Counted from the whole stretch's first letter, positions 12,193 through 21,675 are shown. The stretch is 62,914 nt of DNA, filler included, from Licmophora abbreviata (GCA_900291995.1; 16 parts of 16 records of this genome joined end to end with filler, not necessarily neighbours in it); one strand, 5' to 3'. Notes: a model not told the origin generated them from the sequence alone. A program made the numbers and translations.

Positions 12193-13105
12193 GGCCCCAC
12201 TCTCGCGCATGCAAGCATGCGCTGCCGTGCCGTGGGATCGGATGCGCGAACTGGTTCGCGGGATGTGCAGCGATTGGGCGGTCTCGATCCGAGCGGCGTG
12301 TGGGGCCATCGGATTTGATCGTTCGACGTTTCACTACAAATCCCGCCGCGTCGATCAGGCTGCCGTGGAAAGGCGGATCAAGGAGATCTGCGAGACACGT
12401 GTGCGCTACGGCTATCGCCGTGTTCATGTGCTCCTGGACCGCGAGGGCTGGGGCATCAACATCAAGAAAGTCTATCGTATTTACAGGGAGTTGGGCATGC
12501 AGCTGAGGAACAAGACGCCGAAACGGCGGGTGAAGGCCAAGCTGCGCGATGACCGTGCCGAAGCCGTCGGCCCCAACGATGTCTGGGCGATGCGTTGCCG
12601 ATAGGCGATTGCAAAGCAATCTGCCGGAAGGGATTTTGTCCATGACCAGATGGCGACGGGCAAGAAGCTTCGGGTTCTGACCGTCGTGGACACGTTCTCA
12701 CGATACGTGCCTGTGCTCGACGCGCGGTTCAGCTATCGGGGCGAAGATGTGGTCACGACGCTGGATCGAACCTGCCGAATGATCGGCCATCCCAAGACCA
12801 TCCGTGTCGATCAGGGCAGCGAGTTCATCTCCCGGGATATGGACCTCTGGGCCTATCAGCGCGGCGTCACACTCGACTTCTCGCGTCCTGGCAAACCGAC
12901 GGACAACGCCTTCATCGAGGCGTTCAATGGCCGCTTCCGTGCCGAGTGCTTGAACGCCCATTGGTTCCTGACGCTTGCAGATGCGGCAGAAAAGTTGGAG
13001 ACTTGGCGTAGATACTACAACGAGGAACGGCCACACAGCGCGATCGGCAACAAGGCCCCGATCACGCTGACAAAATCGGGGGGCATCACCAGCCTGTCAC
13101 CCTGA
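12183..13105 (+). pseudogene. IS3 transposase OrfB (DDE), interrupted by two palindromic insertions
   Basis: [45 protein letters not shown] and YNEERPHS motifs. In-frame TAG at 12602-12604 inside an insertion. Confidence 0.88.
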
Positions 13106-13158
13106 TCGAAGCAGGAAAACTCTCGCCAACGGCGGTAGAAGGTTCGGGGATCAGATCA

Positions 13159-13307
13159 AGACTGTTTAGATTCGCACGGAACGCGGCAGATAACTTAGGA
13201 TCCCCTGTCAAAAGTTCCTTTAATGCCTCGGGATCATAGGAATCAGTGGCAAGATAGCAGAGAAGAAAATCGAGAAATTCGGCATCCGTGAGGTAAACGC
13301 TATTCAT
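13159..13307 (-). pseudogene. Third immunity-like paralog, truncated by the IS3 element
   Basis: FLDFLLCYLATDSYDPEALKELLTGDPKLSAAFRANLNSL aligns with the N-terminal half of the 13662-13940 protein and runs into the IS right end at 13158. Confidence 0.6.
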
Positions 13308-13331
13308 CGGGAAATCCGCCGACGCAGCGTC

Positions 13332-13610
13332 TTAGTTCCATTCCCGATAAGCGCCGTTTGTGAATAGAAATTGATATAGCGCATCCAGGAACTCATACAA
13401 ATCATCATCATTCTCATGGGAAAAGTTCATTTCGTTCTCCTAATCTTCAGCCGAGAACGGCCGTTCATCCAAAATCTGCTGAAACTTCTCCTGTATGAAT
13501 TCTCGCTGGCTTGGATTTCCGACGAGATACGAGTTCAATCGGTCCAAGTCATAAAGCGCGGAGGAACAGTAGAAGTACATCGTCTCCAACCAAGGCTTAA
13601 ATCTGTCCAT
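13332..13610 (-). pseudogene. Second immunity-like paralog (92 codons) with an internal TAG
   Basis: Manual translation: MDRFKPWLETMYFYCSSALYDLDRL...QEKFQQILDERPFSAED*ENEMNFSHENDDDLYEFLDALYQFLFTNGAYREWN. The TAG at 13440-13442 aligns with Trp of the upstream paralog. Confidence 0.75.
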
Positions 13611-13661
13611 TTTCAGCTTCCCTCGGGAACAAGTGATATCAAATCAGGCTTTCCGCCTGAG

Positions 13662-13940
13662 TTATTCAAATGTCGGATATGGCCCTTCATTAAAAAGATA
13701 GCGGTACACGCGCCGAAGATGGTCATAAAGCTCTTCGTCAGTGTCCAAGCTTACGGTCGTCAAGTCTTCCCAAGTTTCAAACGTATATGGCCGTTTATCC
13801 AAAACTTGTTTGAACTGCTCTCTCAAGCGTCTGTCGGGCTCAGGCTTACGCCCCAGGCTCTGTTTCCGTCTTTCAGGGTCAAAATGGTTGGCGTTCAAGT
13901 ACCAATATGCAAATCCCTCGAACTCTTCAAAACCTCTCAT
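13662..13940 (-). CDS. Putative cognate immunity protein of the MuF toxin
   Basis: 92 aa, lower GC than flanks, start overlaps the toxin stop (ATGA). Size and position are typical of polymorphic-toxin immunity genes. Confidence 0.75.
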   Translation of the reverse strand: MRGFEEFEGFAYWYLNANHFDPERRKQSLGRKPEPDRRLREQFKQVLDKRPYTFETWEDLTTVSLDTDEELYDHLRRVYRYLFNEGPYPTFE

Positions 13941-15634
13941 CTCAGCGCCTCCGGAAATAGCGTAACCAACGCAGGTTCAGTTGCCAGAAGTTCACCGTGT
14001 AAACCGCGCGGAAATTCATAAACAGCCACGATAGAGCCATTCTCAAAATCAAGATCCACATAGTCTTGCGGGTTTTTCGCGGACCCAACGCGGGCCACGC
14101 CTTCAACACGCTGCACAGAGTTCGATCCAAGAACATCATCAAGGGGCAGCCTCACAGAAAACCTGCCTTCCCCGTTTATCTCGATATTCCCAACCTGCTG
14201 CATTCGGTCGTCTCGTGACGGATCAGTCAACCATTCCAGGGCCAGATCACGTGCCTGATCATAGTCAGGGCTACGCCGCACGAAAGCTTCCGCTGCCACG
14301 TAGTCCTCCCGGTCAATGGTCCTCGATGCGTATCGAGTCGGTGTATGAACAACCTGGGATGCCTGAACAGGATCAGTGTGGATCAAAGGGTCTTCGTTCC
14401 GCATCACCCGGTCGATCAACATCTGACGGGTTACATCTCCATCATGTCGTTGAGGTCCGTGCCCTTGGTCAAAAAGGTCTGCGTACCGCTGATTAACAAT
14501 CTGCATGACCTCTCGGCGACGTTTGTCGATCATATCATCCAACCGACTGCGACCAGCACGCAGGGCGTTCAGGGCCGATGTCGGCCGCAGACGGGTCAGA
14601 TTGATCCCGAGCTTCGCCGCACCCGCCGTGAAGGCCGTCCCGCCAAGAAGTACCGACGCATCAAGGTAGGCCACGTCTTCGTAGGCGCGCAGCAAGGCTT
14701 CTTCACTGGTCAGGCCCAGGCGGTATTCCAAGTCAAGCAAGCGAAGTTCTGCGTGTTGCGCCTCGAAAAAGGCAACCGCTTCCTGAGCGATCTGCTCGGC
14801 CGTTTCACGATCCAGCTCTGCCAATCGCTCCAGCGCATCAAGAATATTCTGCCGCGCGGTCAGCCGTTCCTGTTCTTCTTCATCCGTGATGGCACCAAAC
14901 AGAAGCCGGTAACCGAGATAGGAAAAACGGAGCACATCGTAGATACTAGTGACCGTGCCGACCAATGCGTCCTCACCGGCGCGCGCGAGGCCTCTGCCTT
15001 GTGCATCCAATATTCGATCCGCAAGGTCCGGCGACACCGGACGGCCTGTCAGAATGATCTGGCCGTTGACGATGGCCGGTTCTGCGAAGCACCGGCAATT
15101 ATGCGCTTCACCCGGCAATCCATCCGGAAAGCTGTGACTCCACGGAAATACGCGATCATCCCGCTCGGCATGGCTTGACCTGACCTTAGAGTCGTCTGCC
15201 GACCGCCAGATGTAATGTGTGACGCCTGCTGCCCGTTGCCGCGTCTCATTCAATTCGTTCTCAAACCGACGCAACAGCCAGGCTTCAGTCGCGGCGATGT
15301 CCACTTCGATCAGATTTGCCATCTCGGCTATGTTACGGCCATCGCGATCATAGACGGCAATCGTCGCGATAAGACGGGCCTCAAATTCGTCATAGGAACG
15401 CTGCTTCAGAGGCCCGGAGTTGTAACCGTCAGTGTCGCCAAGACGTTCAGCCAGAAACGCAGAATTGTCCGCTTCGACTTCTTCCAGCAGCACCAGAAAT
15501 CTCTGGAAATGCGGTTCCAGATCGAAAGATACATCCTTCTGCTCAGGCGCACGGTTCAGCCGATGCAGACTGACCGTAAATTCTGATTTGCCGCCTGACC
15601 GAAGGAAGCGGACAAAAGGTGTATCGAACGCCAT
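13937..15634 (-). CDS. MuF (phage Mu gpF/SPP1 gp7 head morphogenesis) domain protein with a C-terminal putative nuclease toxin
   Basis: MuF signature YIWRSADDSKVRSSH...DRVFPW...PGEAHNCRC, hydrophobic central segments, and a C-terminal domain from GHGPQRHDG to LVTLFP reminiscent of RNase-type polymorphic toxin tips. Confidence 0.8.
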   Translation of the reverse strand: MAFDTPFVRFLRSGGKSEFTVSLHRLNRAPEQKDVSFDLEPHFQRFLVLLEEVEADNSAFLAERLGDTDGYNSGPLKQRSYDEFEARLIATIAVYDRDGRNIAEMANLIEVDIAATEAWLLRRFENELNETRQRAAGVTHYIWRSADDSKVRSSHAERDDRVFPWSHSFPDGLPGEAHNCRCFAEPAIVNGQIILTGRPVSPDLADRILDAQGRGLARAGEDALVGTVTSIYDVLRFSYLGYRLLFGAITDEEEQERLTARQNILDALERLAELDRETAEQIAQEAVAFFEAQHAELRLLDLEYRLGLTSEEALLRAYEDVAYLDASVLLGGTAFTAGAAKLGINLTRLRPTSALNALRAGRSRLDDMIDKRRREVMQIVNQRYADLFDQGHGPQRHDGDVTRQMLIDRVMRNEDPLIHTDPVQASQVVHTPTRYASRTIDREDYVAAEAFVRRSPDYDQARDLALEWLTDPSRDDRMQQVGNIEINGEGRFSVRLPLDDVLGSNSVQRVEGVARVGSAKNPQDYVDLDFENGSIVAVYEFPRGLHGELLATEPALVTLFPEALR

Positions 15635-15676
15635 GACAAGTCTTTGAATGTGATTTGCCGATTTTGCTCGTTATTG

Positions 15677-15692
15677 GTTAACCATTTGTGAA
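15677..15692 (-). promoter_or_regulatory. CtrA-like binding site upstream of the MuF-toxin gene
   Basis: The minus strand reads TTCA-CAAATGG-TTAAC, one mismatch from TTAA-N7-TTAAC. The plus strand contains the TTAACCAT half-site. It lies about 45 bp upstream of the ATG. Confidence 0.45.
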
Positions 15693-15732
15693 TTCTGCGA
15701 ACGGTCCCCCGGATCCACTTGGCATTGATCCT

Positions 15733-16389
15733 CTAAGGTTTCTGCCCCGCCAGAAACTCCGCCAGCACCGGGCTGGCAGCACCTTTCGCGGAGCTGAGCA
15801 GCTCCGAGCCTGCAAGCGAGGCCTTCGACAGGCGCACGAGGCCGCCGGTTTCCTCGATGCGGTAGCAGCGGCGTTTTTGCCGCCCCCGCCTGTAGTGGGT
15901 CGCGGTGACAATCTGGCAGGTGCTTCCATCGGTGAGCGTCACCGGTTTTGCGAGCCTGATCTTGTCGCCTTCGTCGTAATCCGGGATCGACGCCCAGTCC
16001 CGGCAGCGCTGGCGCCAGTCCTGGGCGTAGCTGTCCGGGTCTTTCAGGTCGGAGAGAAGCGCGATCAGCCCAAGGGGAGCGCAAGACTCGTTCGGGCCAG
16101 TGCTTTCCTCCATGTCCTTGTAGCCCCAGCACCCATCATCGTAGCGGGTGAGGAAGACGGCACCGAAGGTGATCGAGCCGTCCGCGTCCGTGACATAGGT
16201 CGCATCCTCGACAGGGGTGCCGTCGCAGTTGGTGACCCTTGCCGCCGCATACCAGGTGGAGCCGAGCTTGCAGGCCTTGACCAGCTCGGTTTTGCGCGTG
16301 TCGCCATGAGAGGTGCACAGCCGGGTGATTTCCGCTTTCTCATCCGCGTAGGTCTGGACGCGGCCGTCGGTGTAGAAGAGCCATCCCAT
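15733..16389 (-). CDS. Plasmid/ICE-associated conserved protein (DUF6927-like)
   Basis: MGWLF start with WYAA and WGYKDMEESTGP...AQDWRQRC motifs, typical of alphaproteobacterial plasmid accessory regions. Confidence 0.6.
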   Translation of the reverse strand: MGWLFYTDGRVQTYADEKAEITRLCTSHGDTRKTELVKACKLGSTWYAAARVTNCDGTPVEDATYVTDADGSITFGAVFLTRYDDGCWGYKDMEESTGPNESCAPLGLIALLSDLKDPDSYAQDWRQRCRDWASIPDYDEGDKIRLAKPVTLTDGSTCQIVTATHYRRGRQKRRCYRIEETGGLVRLSKASLAGSELLSSAKGAASPVLAEFLAGQKP

Positions 16390-17128
16390 CAAGCCGCCCT
16401 CCGGTCATCGAGCTCCATGAGCGCATCGAGCGGTACGCGATAGGGCTGCATGGCGTCGAAATCCTCGCAATTGCCACAGTTCTGAACGATCGCGAAGGTA
16501 TCGCAGGCATCCTTGAGAATGACCCGGAAGGTGCCGCCGAGGCCCGAGGGCACCCCATAGGTCCCGCCAATGAGANNNNNNNNNNNNNNNNNNNNNNNNN
16601 NNNNNNNNNNNNNNNNNNNTTAATTAATTAANNNNNNNNNNNNNNNNNNNNNNNNNNNNNNNNNNNNNNNNNNNNGTGCCGCCGAGGCCCCGAGGGGCAC
16701 CCCATAGGTCCCGCCAATGAGATAGTCCGAGGCCCGGCGCACGAAGACGTGGATGCTGTGGCCATCGGTGGCGAGCCGGATGGCCCCCGCCCCCGGTCGA
16801 TGAGCACCTGCACGTCATCCAGGATGTCGGTGTAGAACTGGCCGGTCAGATCGCGAAACGCCATGCGGCGCTGCGCCATCCAGTCGGTGTCCCGAAACGG
16901 GTTCATGCCATCGGCGAAGGCGAAGGAGGGATCGGCCTGTTCGGTGGTGACAATGCGGGTGGTCGTGCCATCGATGCCGTTGGAGCGCAGATGCACGCCA
17001 TTGCCGACGATGAGGATCAGGGCGGGCCTGTCCACCGGGCCGTTCCAGTTGGGCAGGAAGGTTTTGCAGGCGCGCGCATGGGCGATCTGCGCCGCGACGG
17101 CGGACGCAGAGAACTTGAGAATAGCCAT
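16389..17128 (-). CDS. Plasmid-associated hypothetical protein (DUF3085-like), spanning an artificial gap
   Basis: MAILKFSA...PALILIVGNGVHLRSNG...FAFADGMNP. The contig ends overlap (16531-16575 vs 16676-16722). The ORF finishes ...MELDDRRAA* overlapping the next ATG. Confidence 0.6.
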
Positions 17129-17160
17129 GGGGATGTCTTTCGGTTGAGTGTGGGAGGGTC

Positions 17161-17190
17161 GACCCGCGTGGGGAATACCTCGCGCGGGTC
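17161..17190. terminator. Intergenic GC-rich hairpin
   Basis: GACCCGCG-N14-CGCGGGTC between the ParB-like gene and the next gene. No clear U-tract. Confidence 0.45.
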
Positions 17191-17200
17191 GCGTGAGGGC

Positions 17201-19181
17201 TCAGGCCGCTTGCGCGACCGTGCTGTCAGGCTCGGGGGTTTCGGCGGTGGGCGCCGTCTCATCACAGGCGAGACCGGCGGTCTGCATCATCGGCGGGCAC
17301 CAGGCGGCCACGGCAGCGCGCTGCGCATCCGTCAGCGTCGCGAAAGGCTCGGCGAAGAGTTTGTCGCAGAAGGCGACGATCTCCTTCTTGCTTGACGAGG
17401 CCAACGTTACCGCCTCCTGAGCGAGGCCCAGATCCTCGCCAAGGACCTTCAGGAGCCAGGCCTTTTTAAAGCGGTTGAAGAGCGCCGCGTTCGGCGTCCA
17501 GTGGGCGCGGATGTCGGGCATGATCTCGATCTCGAACTCATGCATCAGGCTGTCCCGCTGTCGGTCCCACGCGAAGCAGGACTGCGTGGTGCTGGCGGTT
17601 GCAAAGGCGACGAGCTTGGCCTTTTCCCCTGCCTCCAGCGCGCGAAACGCCGCGAACTGATCGGCGGGCGCGCGGGTGCCGTCGATCCACGAGAGGTCGA
17701 GCGCATCATGCGCCGCCGCCACCTGCTCGAGCGAGGTCCCGTCGATCTCGTCCATCTTGGCGTGGGCGCGGTGCTCCTTCCGGGCCTCGACCTTGATCGC
17801 CTGCGTGACACTCATGCCGCTGACCAGAACGTCGCTCACCAGCTTGAAGAGCGTCAGATCAAGCGTGGCTTCCGGATGCAGCGCCATTGCGGCGCCAAGG
17901 GCCATGGCCCGCTCGGTCTTGAGGTCCTCAGCCAGCGAGGCCGGAGGTGCTTTTGCCGGCGTCCGGGGCCTCCTCCCCCGTTGGGTTGCTTGAAGAGCCA
18001 CGCGCGCCCTCCTCTTTCACAACGTCCTCCGGGCGCACGAGGCCCACATGGAGCGTCACCTGCCCGCCCTGCCACGACGCGATGACACCCTCGCGGGCGA
18101 GATCCTCGGCGCTGTAGGTCTCCTGCAGATCGCGCGCTTCCTCTTCCAAGGCGTCCACGCGGTCGTAGAGAGCGTTGTAGGCGTCGTCTTCGAGCCCCTC
18201 ATCCTTCATTTCGAGCTGCAGTTGCTCGAGCTCGGCGGTGATCTCATCCACGCGCTTCTGAGCAGCTTCATCAGGTTCGATCGGGCCGGGATAGACACGG
18301 CCGTAGTCAGCCATGGTCGCGTAATCATAGCGGACCATCGCATCGGCCCAGGCAAAGCCCAACCTCACTCGGGCCTCCTCGGCGGCGGCCATGAGTTTCT
18401 CGAGCAGGATGGTCTCGACCAGCGCCGCATCCTCCAGCACGGAATGCTCTTCCAGAAGATCAGCCGCGACAGCGCCGCCGCGGGCCTCGTAGTCTTCACG
18501 CACGAATGCCCCGATATCGTCGCTGACCTGCACGCCGCGGGATTTGAGAGACTGACGGACGGTGTAGGCCTGCAGATATCCGCCATCTTGCGTGAGCGCC
18601 TCGAAGACCTCGCGTTGCGCCTCCTGACTCGGGTGCTCGGCAAAGGCCTTCATCGTGTCGAGCGTGATCGTCTTGGCCCGGGCCGCGGCGCGGATGTCGG
18701 GGTGGATCAGGCCGTAGCGCAACCGGCCTTTGACGGCGGCAACGGTCGTGCCGAAGGTCTTGGCGATCGTCTCGGGCGTCTGTCCGTCGATCTCCATCAT
18801 TCGGGCGAAGGCCTCGAACTCATCGATCGCGTTCATCGGCGCCTGGGTGATGTTCTCGGCGAGCGACAGCGCCGTCGTCACATCGCAGTCTTCCGGAACG
18901 AGGCGGCAGTCGATCTTGGTCTTCGCGGTGAAGCCCTTCGCCGCCTTGTCAGCGACCAGCTCCTTGAGCGCGGCATGGCGACGGCCACCGGCGAGCACGG
19001 CGTATTTGCCGTCGATCTGTTGGACCAGGAGCGGCTGCAGGAGACCCAGCACAGCGATGCTGGCTTTCAGATGAGCGATGTTCTCGGGGTCATAAGTTTC
19101 CGGCGAGTTGCTGCGCACATTGGCGGGATGCGGGACCAGATCGCCGATCGCGACGGTAAGGGGAGCAAAGCTTGTTGTCAT
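17201..19181 (-). CDS. Long ParB/RepB/Spo0J-family protein of plasmids/ICEs, frameshifted near 17955
   Basis: ParB motifs HPANVR, GLLQPL, AGGRRH, SLAEN and an HTH. The C-terminal part (ASLAEDLKTER...RAHWTPNAALFNRFKK) is in another frame. Confidence 0.85.
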
Positions 19182-19255
19182 GGGATGTCCTTCTCCGTGG
19201 GTAAGGTGTGGCCCGCGCGCTCGCGCGTGACCAATCCCCGGCTTCGGGGATCACA

Positions 19256-19303
19256 ACGACAGAAGGCCCGCTTTGCCTTTGAAGGGCAGCGGGCCTTCGT
19301 CGT
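19256..19303. terminator. Intergenic hairpin between the DUF3768 and ParB-like genes
   Basis: ACGACAGAAGGCCCGCT...AGCGGGCCTTCGTCGT imperfect inverted repeat. Confidence 0.55.
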
Positions 19304-19333
19304 CTCAGATGTCAGCGAAAGGAGTCCCCTGCC

Positions 19334-19723
19334 CTACCAGTCACGCGCAAGCATGATGGTCAGCACACGCATGGTGGTGGCGGGATTGTCCGGGGTCTCC
19401 GCCCCGTAGCGGAAATCCGAGTCCGCCTCATAGAGGTCGATCTTCCAGAACACGGTCTCGCCCCGGATCTCGACCGCCCCGAAATCGTGCCATCCTTCGG
19501 GATCATTCTTAGGCTCGAATGTATCGAACGCACCGGTGGCCTTCACCGCCTCGGCCATAAAGCCGTCACCGGCCTCCATGAGCGAGCGGGTGACATGCAT
19601 CCGGCCCGGAATGGGCTGCGTGGGCGGCACCCCGAGGCAGGCGAGCTTGCGGAAGGCATCGTTCTCCGCCGCGATCACACTCGGATCTGGGCAGTCTGTC
19701 TGGGATTGAGCGGTGCTGGTCAT
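19334..19723 (-). CDS. DUF3768 domain protein
   Basis: IAAENDAFR...NDPEGWHDFG...VFWKIDLY...TMRVLTIMLARDW. Confidence 0.85.
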   Translation of the reverse strand: MTSTAQSQTDCPDPSVIAAENDAFRKLACLGVPPTQPIPGRMHVTRSLMEAGDGFMAEAVKATGAFDTFEPKNDPEGWHDFGAVEIRGETVFWKIDLYEADSDFRYGAETPDNPATTMRVLTIMLARDW

Positions 19724-19956
19724 CGGGCTCTCCTTTGAAAAGTTGAAACACCCTTCCCAAAGCCCGCTTTTTCTTTTCCATCAAACGGATGGAGCCAGAC
19801 AGAGCCAACACGTCCCGCACTATTTCAGAAGTCCGCTGTGCGGACTTTGCTGTGGTTCGCGGCACGGGCTTTGATGGCCGCATACAGCCCGAAGCATACA
19901 TACGGTCTGCACCTGCATCCGATGGCGTCACCTGCAGACCCGGTGGGAAGCTGTCG

Positions 19957-20056
19957 NNNNNNNNNNNNNNNNNNNNNNNNNNNNNNNNNNNNNNNNNNNN
20001 TTAATTAATTAANNNNNNNNNNNNNNNNNNNNNNNNNNNNNNNNNNNNNNNNNNNN
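19957..20056. other. Artificial contig spacer at the bacterial/eukaryotic boundary
   Basis: N-run, TTAATTAATTAA, N-run. The same spacer occurs near 2202, 9290, 11196, 16576, 22323, 27252, 29820, 31992, 34062, 45753, 51280, 54106, 55500 and 58902. Confidence 0.97.
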
Positions 20057-20968
20057 TCTCGAATCGCAGTTAGAGTCATTCCGGCACGTGGATGCGGAAG
20101 AACACCGCCGACATGCGGACACGTCCAAGTCGAGGTAGCAACATCCAAGATGTAAATGTCATTGAGTCGTCGTACCCCATTCCTGCACAAGGTGAAAGAG
20201 GCATTGTCGAGTGAGATGAAGTAATCAAGCGATGAGACCTAGAATGATCGATACTCACCATCCGCCAAAGATGAAGAGTTCTCCCGTCTCCTCGAGGAAA
20301 GTACTTGAGTGGTTGGCACGCTGCTGCGGCGTGGGGCCTGTCGTCTCGACTCGCCGCCATTCGAACGTGTCAACGTTGAGCGCGTGTAAGTCATTGAGAT
20401 ACTCTCGTCCATTCCCACCACGAAATACGTATATTTCCCTTCGTTTGGGAATGAAATCGGCGCTATGCATGTTGCAGGGTCCTGGTCCAGGAGAATCCCC
20501 GCGCAAGGCTGGCTGATACCATCGAAGGTGACTTCCTCCTCCCGTAACGTCGAGCACGTGCATATCTGACGCAGCCAGGGGCCCTGTTCCAAGCCAGCCC
20601 CCAATAATGATGATCCTTCCTGTCTCTTCGTCTTCTGGATCCATCGCTAACGTCGCCGTGTGGCCATTTCGTCCCGAAGGAGGGGAGCCTGTATACGTCA
20701 CCGTTTCAATATTCGAAATAGGCGGACCAGGCCAGTCTCCGCCAATGTCCATTGCCGGCTGCGGTCGAATCCACGTCTGATGATTGATTGAATACAAAAT
20801 CAGGGCCATGTGATTCCGTCTTCCATCGTACCCACCGAAACAGTAAAGGCGGCCATTGAAATGGGTGACTGAGTGGTTCTTGATCGTCGGTGGGCCTTCC
20901 TGGCCGTCTTTTGGAGGATCTGGCTCCGACCAGCGCATTGCATCCATCATGGGGGCCTGCCAACTCAT
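20057..20968 (-). CDS. Kelch-repeat protein (eukaryotic), 3'-partial
   Basis: Repeated H-S/T...FGG/IGG kelch blades. A GT-AG intron at 20183-20258 restores FGGWNG. Confidence 0.85.
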
Positions 20969-21675
20969 GTCTGAGGCTTTAGCAGCGTGAAAAATAAGAA
21001 ACAAGCGCCGGGAAAGAACTTGAACGGGGCAACGAATGAGAACATTTCACATTTCAACATTTCATCCCGTCGCTCGTCGCATCGCAGTGTGACGCTATGA
21101 TAGTGCGAAAGTCTTACTCGTAGCCGCGAGAACTAAATACGAACTCGAATCATCAGAGCTCGAGTTGCTAACACATCGAAAAAGCCCCCCTCCTCAATAC
21201 ATACGAGTACCATGGTTAATCTTGCTCTTCTTTCTATAGAGCGCCGTTTGTCTCTACCAAGTAACGACTCCGTATAGGTTCCGGTACCTGGTACTCCATG
21301 TCCTTTCTGAGCCAATGCTCCAGTCAATCCATGAACGGAACTCGAAAGCTGCCTTACTGATGGTAAAAAGGGGGGTTCAAGAAGGCAATGAGAAAAGCCA
21401 GCAAAACTTCCAAATGGAAAGTCTCCGGGATGACGAGAAACCAGGGAACAAGAAAATATCTTCGAAGCAGGAGGTCCAGTCGACTAGCATACAACTCTGG
21501 CTATGCACTAAGAGGGAAGGGAACGATGATGGTCGAGACAAAATCTGAACGGATTCGGGACGACAAAGCATCACGTGCCAAATATCCAAGAGGGCTAGTC
21601 TAATGCAGTTGTAGTTCAGCCGTTTTCTCGTTCATTCGGTGCCACTACTAAAAATTCTATGTTGTTGTAGCACTA

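Larger units (their letters stand above)
11845..13158 (+). mobile_element. IS3-family insertion sequence (IS407-like), inactivated
   Basis: IRL TGATCTGATCCCCGCAAATTGGACC at 11845 and IRR ...GGTTCGGGGATCAGATCA ending at 13158. Contains orfA and a DDE orfB. No target duplication is seen. Confidence 0.93.

Noticed and set aside
17928..18001. Programmed frameshifting in the ParB-like, PPR, aquaporin, MLO-like, XAP5 and SLC4 genes
   Set aside because: Many scattered indels in both genomes, plus homopolymer disagreement between overlapping contig ends (16531-16575 vs 16676-16722), point to sequencing error. Reads are needed to exclude true pseudogenes.
18048..19409. 453-aa plus-strand ORF and similar shadow ORFs (for example 9342-10259, 14345-15178, 13416-14021)
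   Set aside because: They are antisense to well-supported genes and have no recognisable motifs.
13937..19723. Intact prophage
   Set aside because: Only the MuF domain is phage-like. No terminase, portal, capsid, tail or integrase gene is present.
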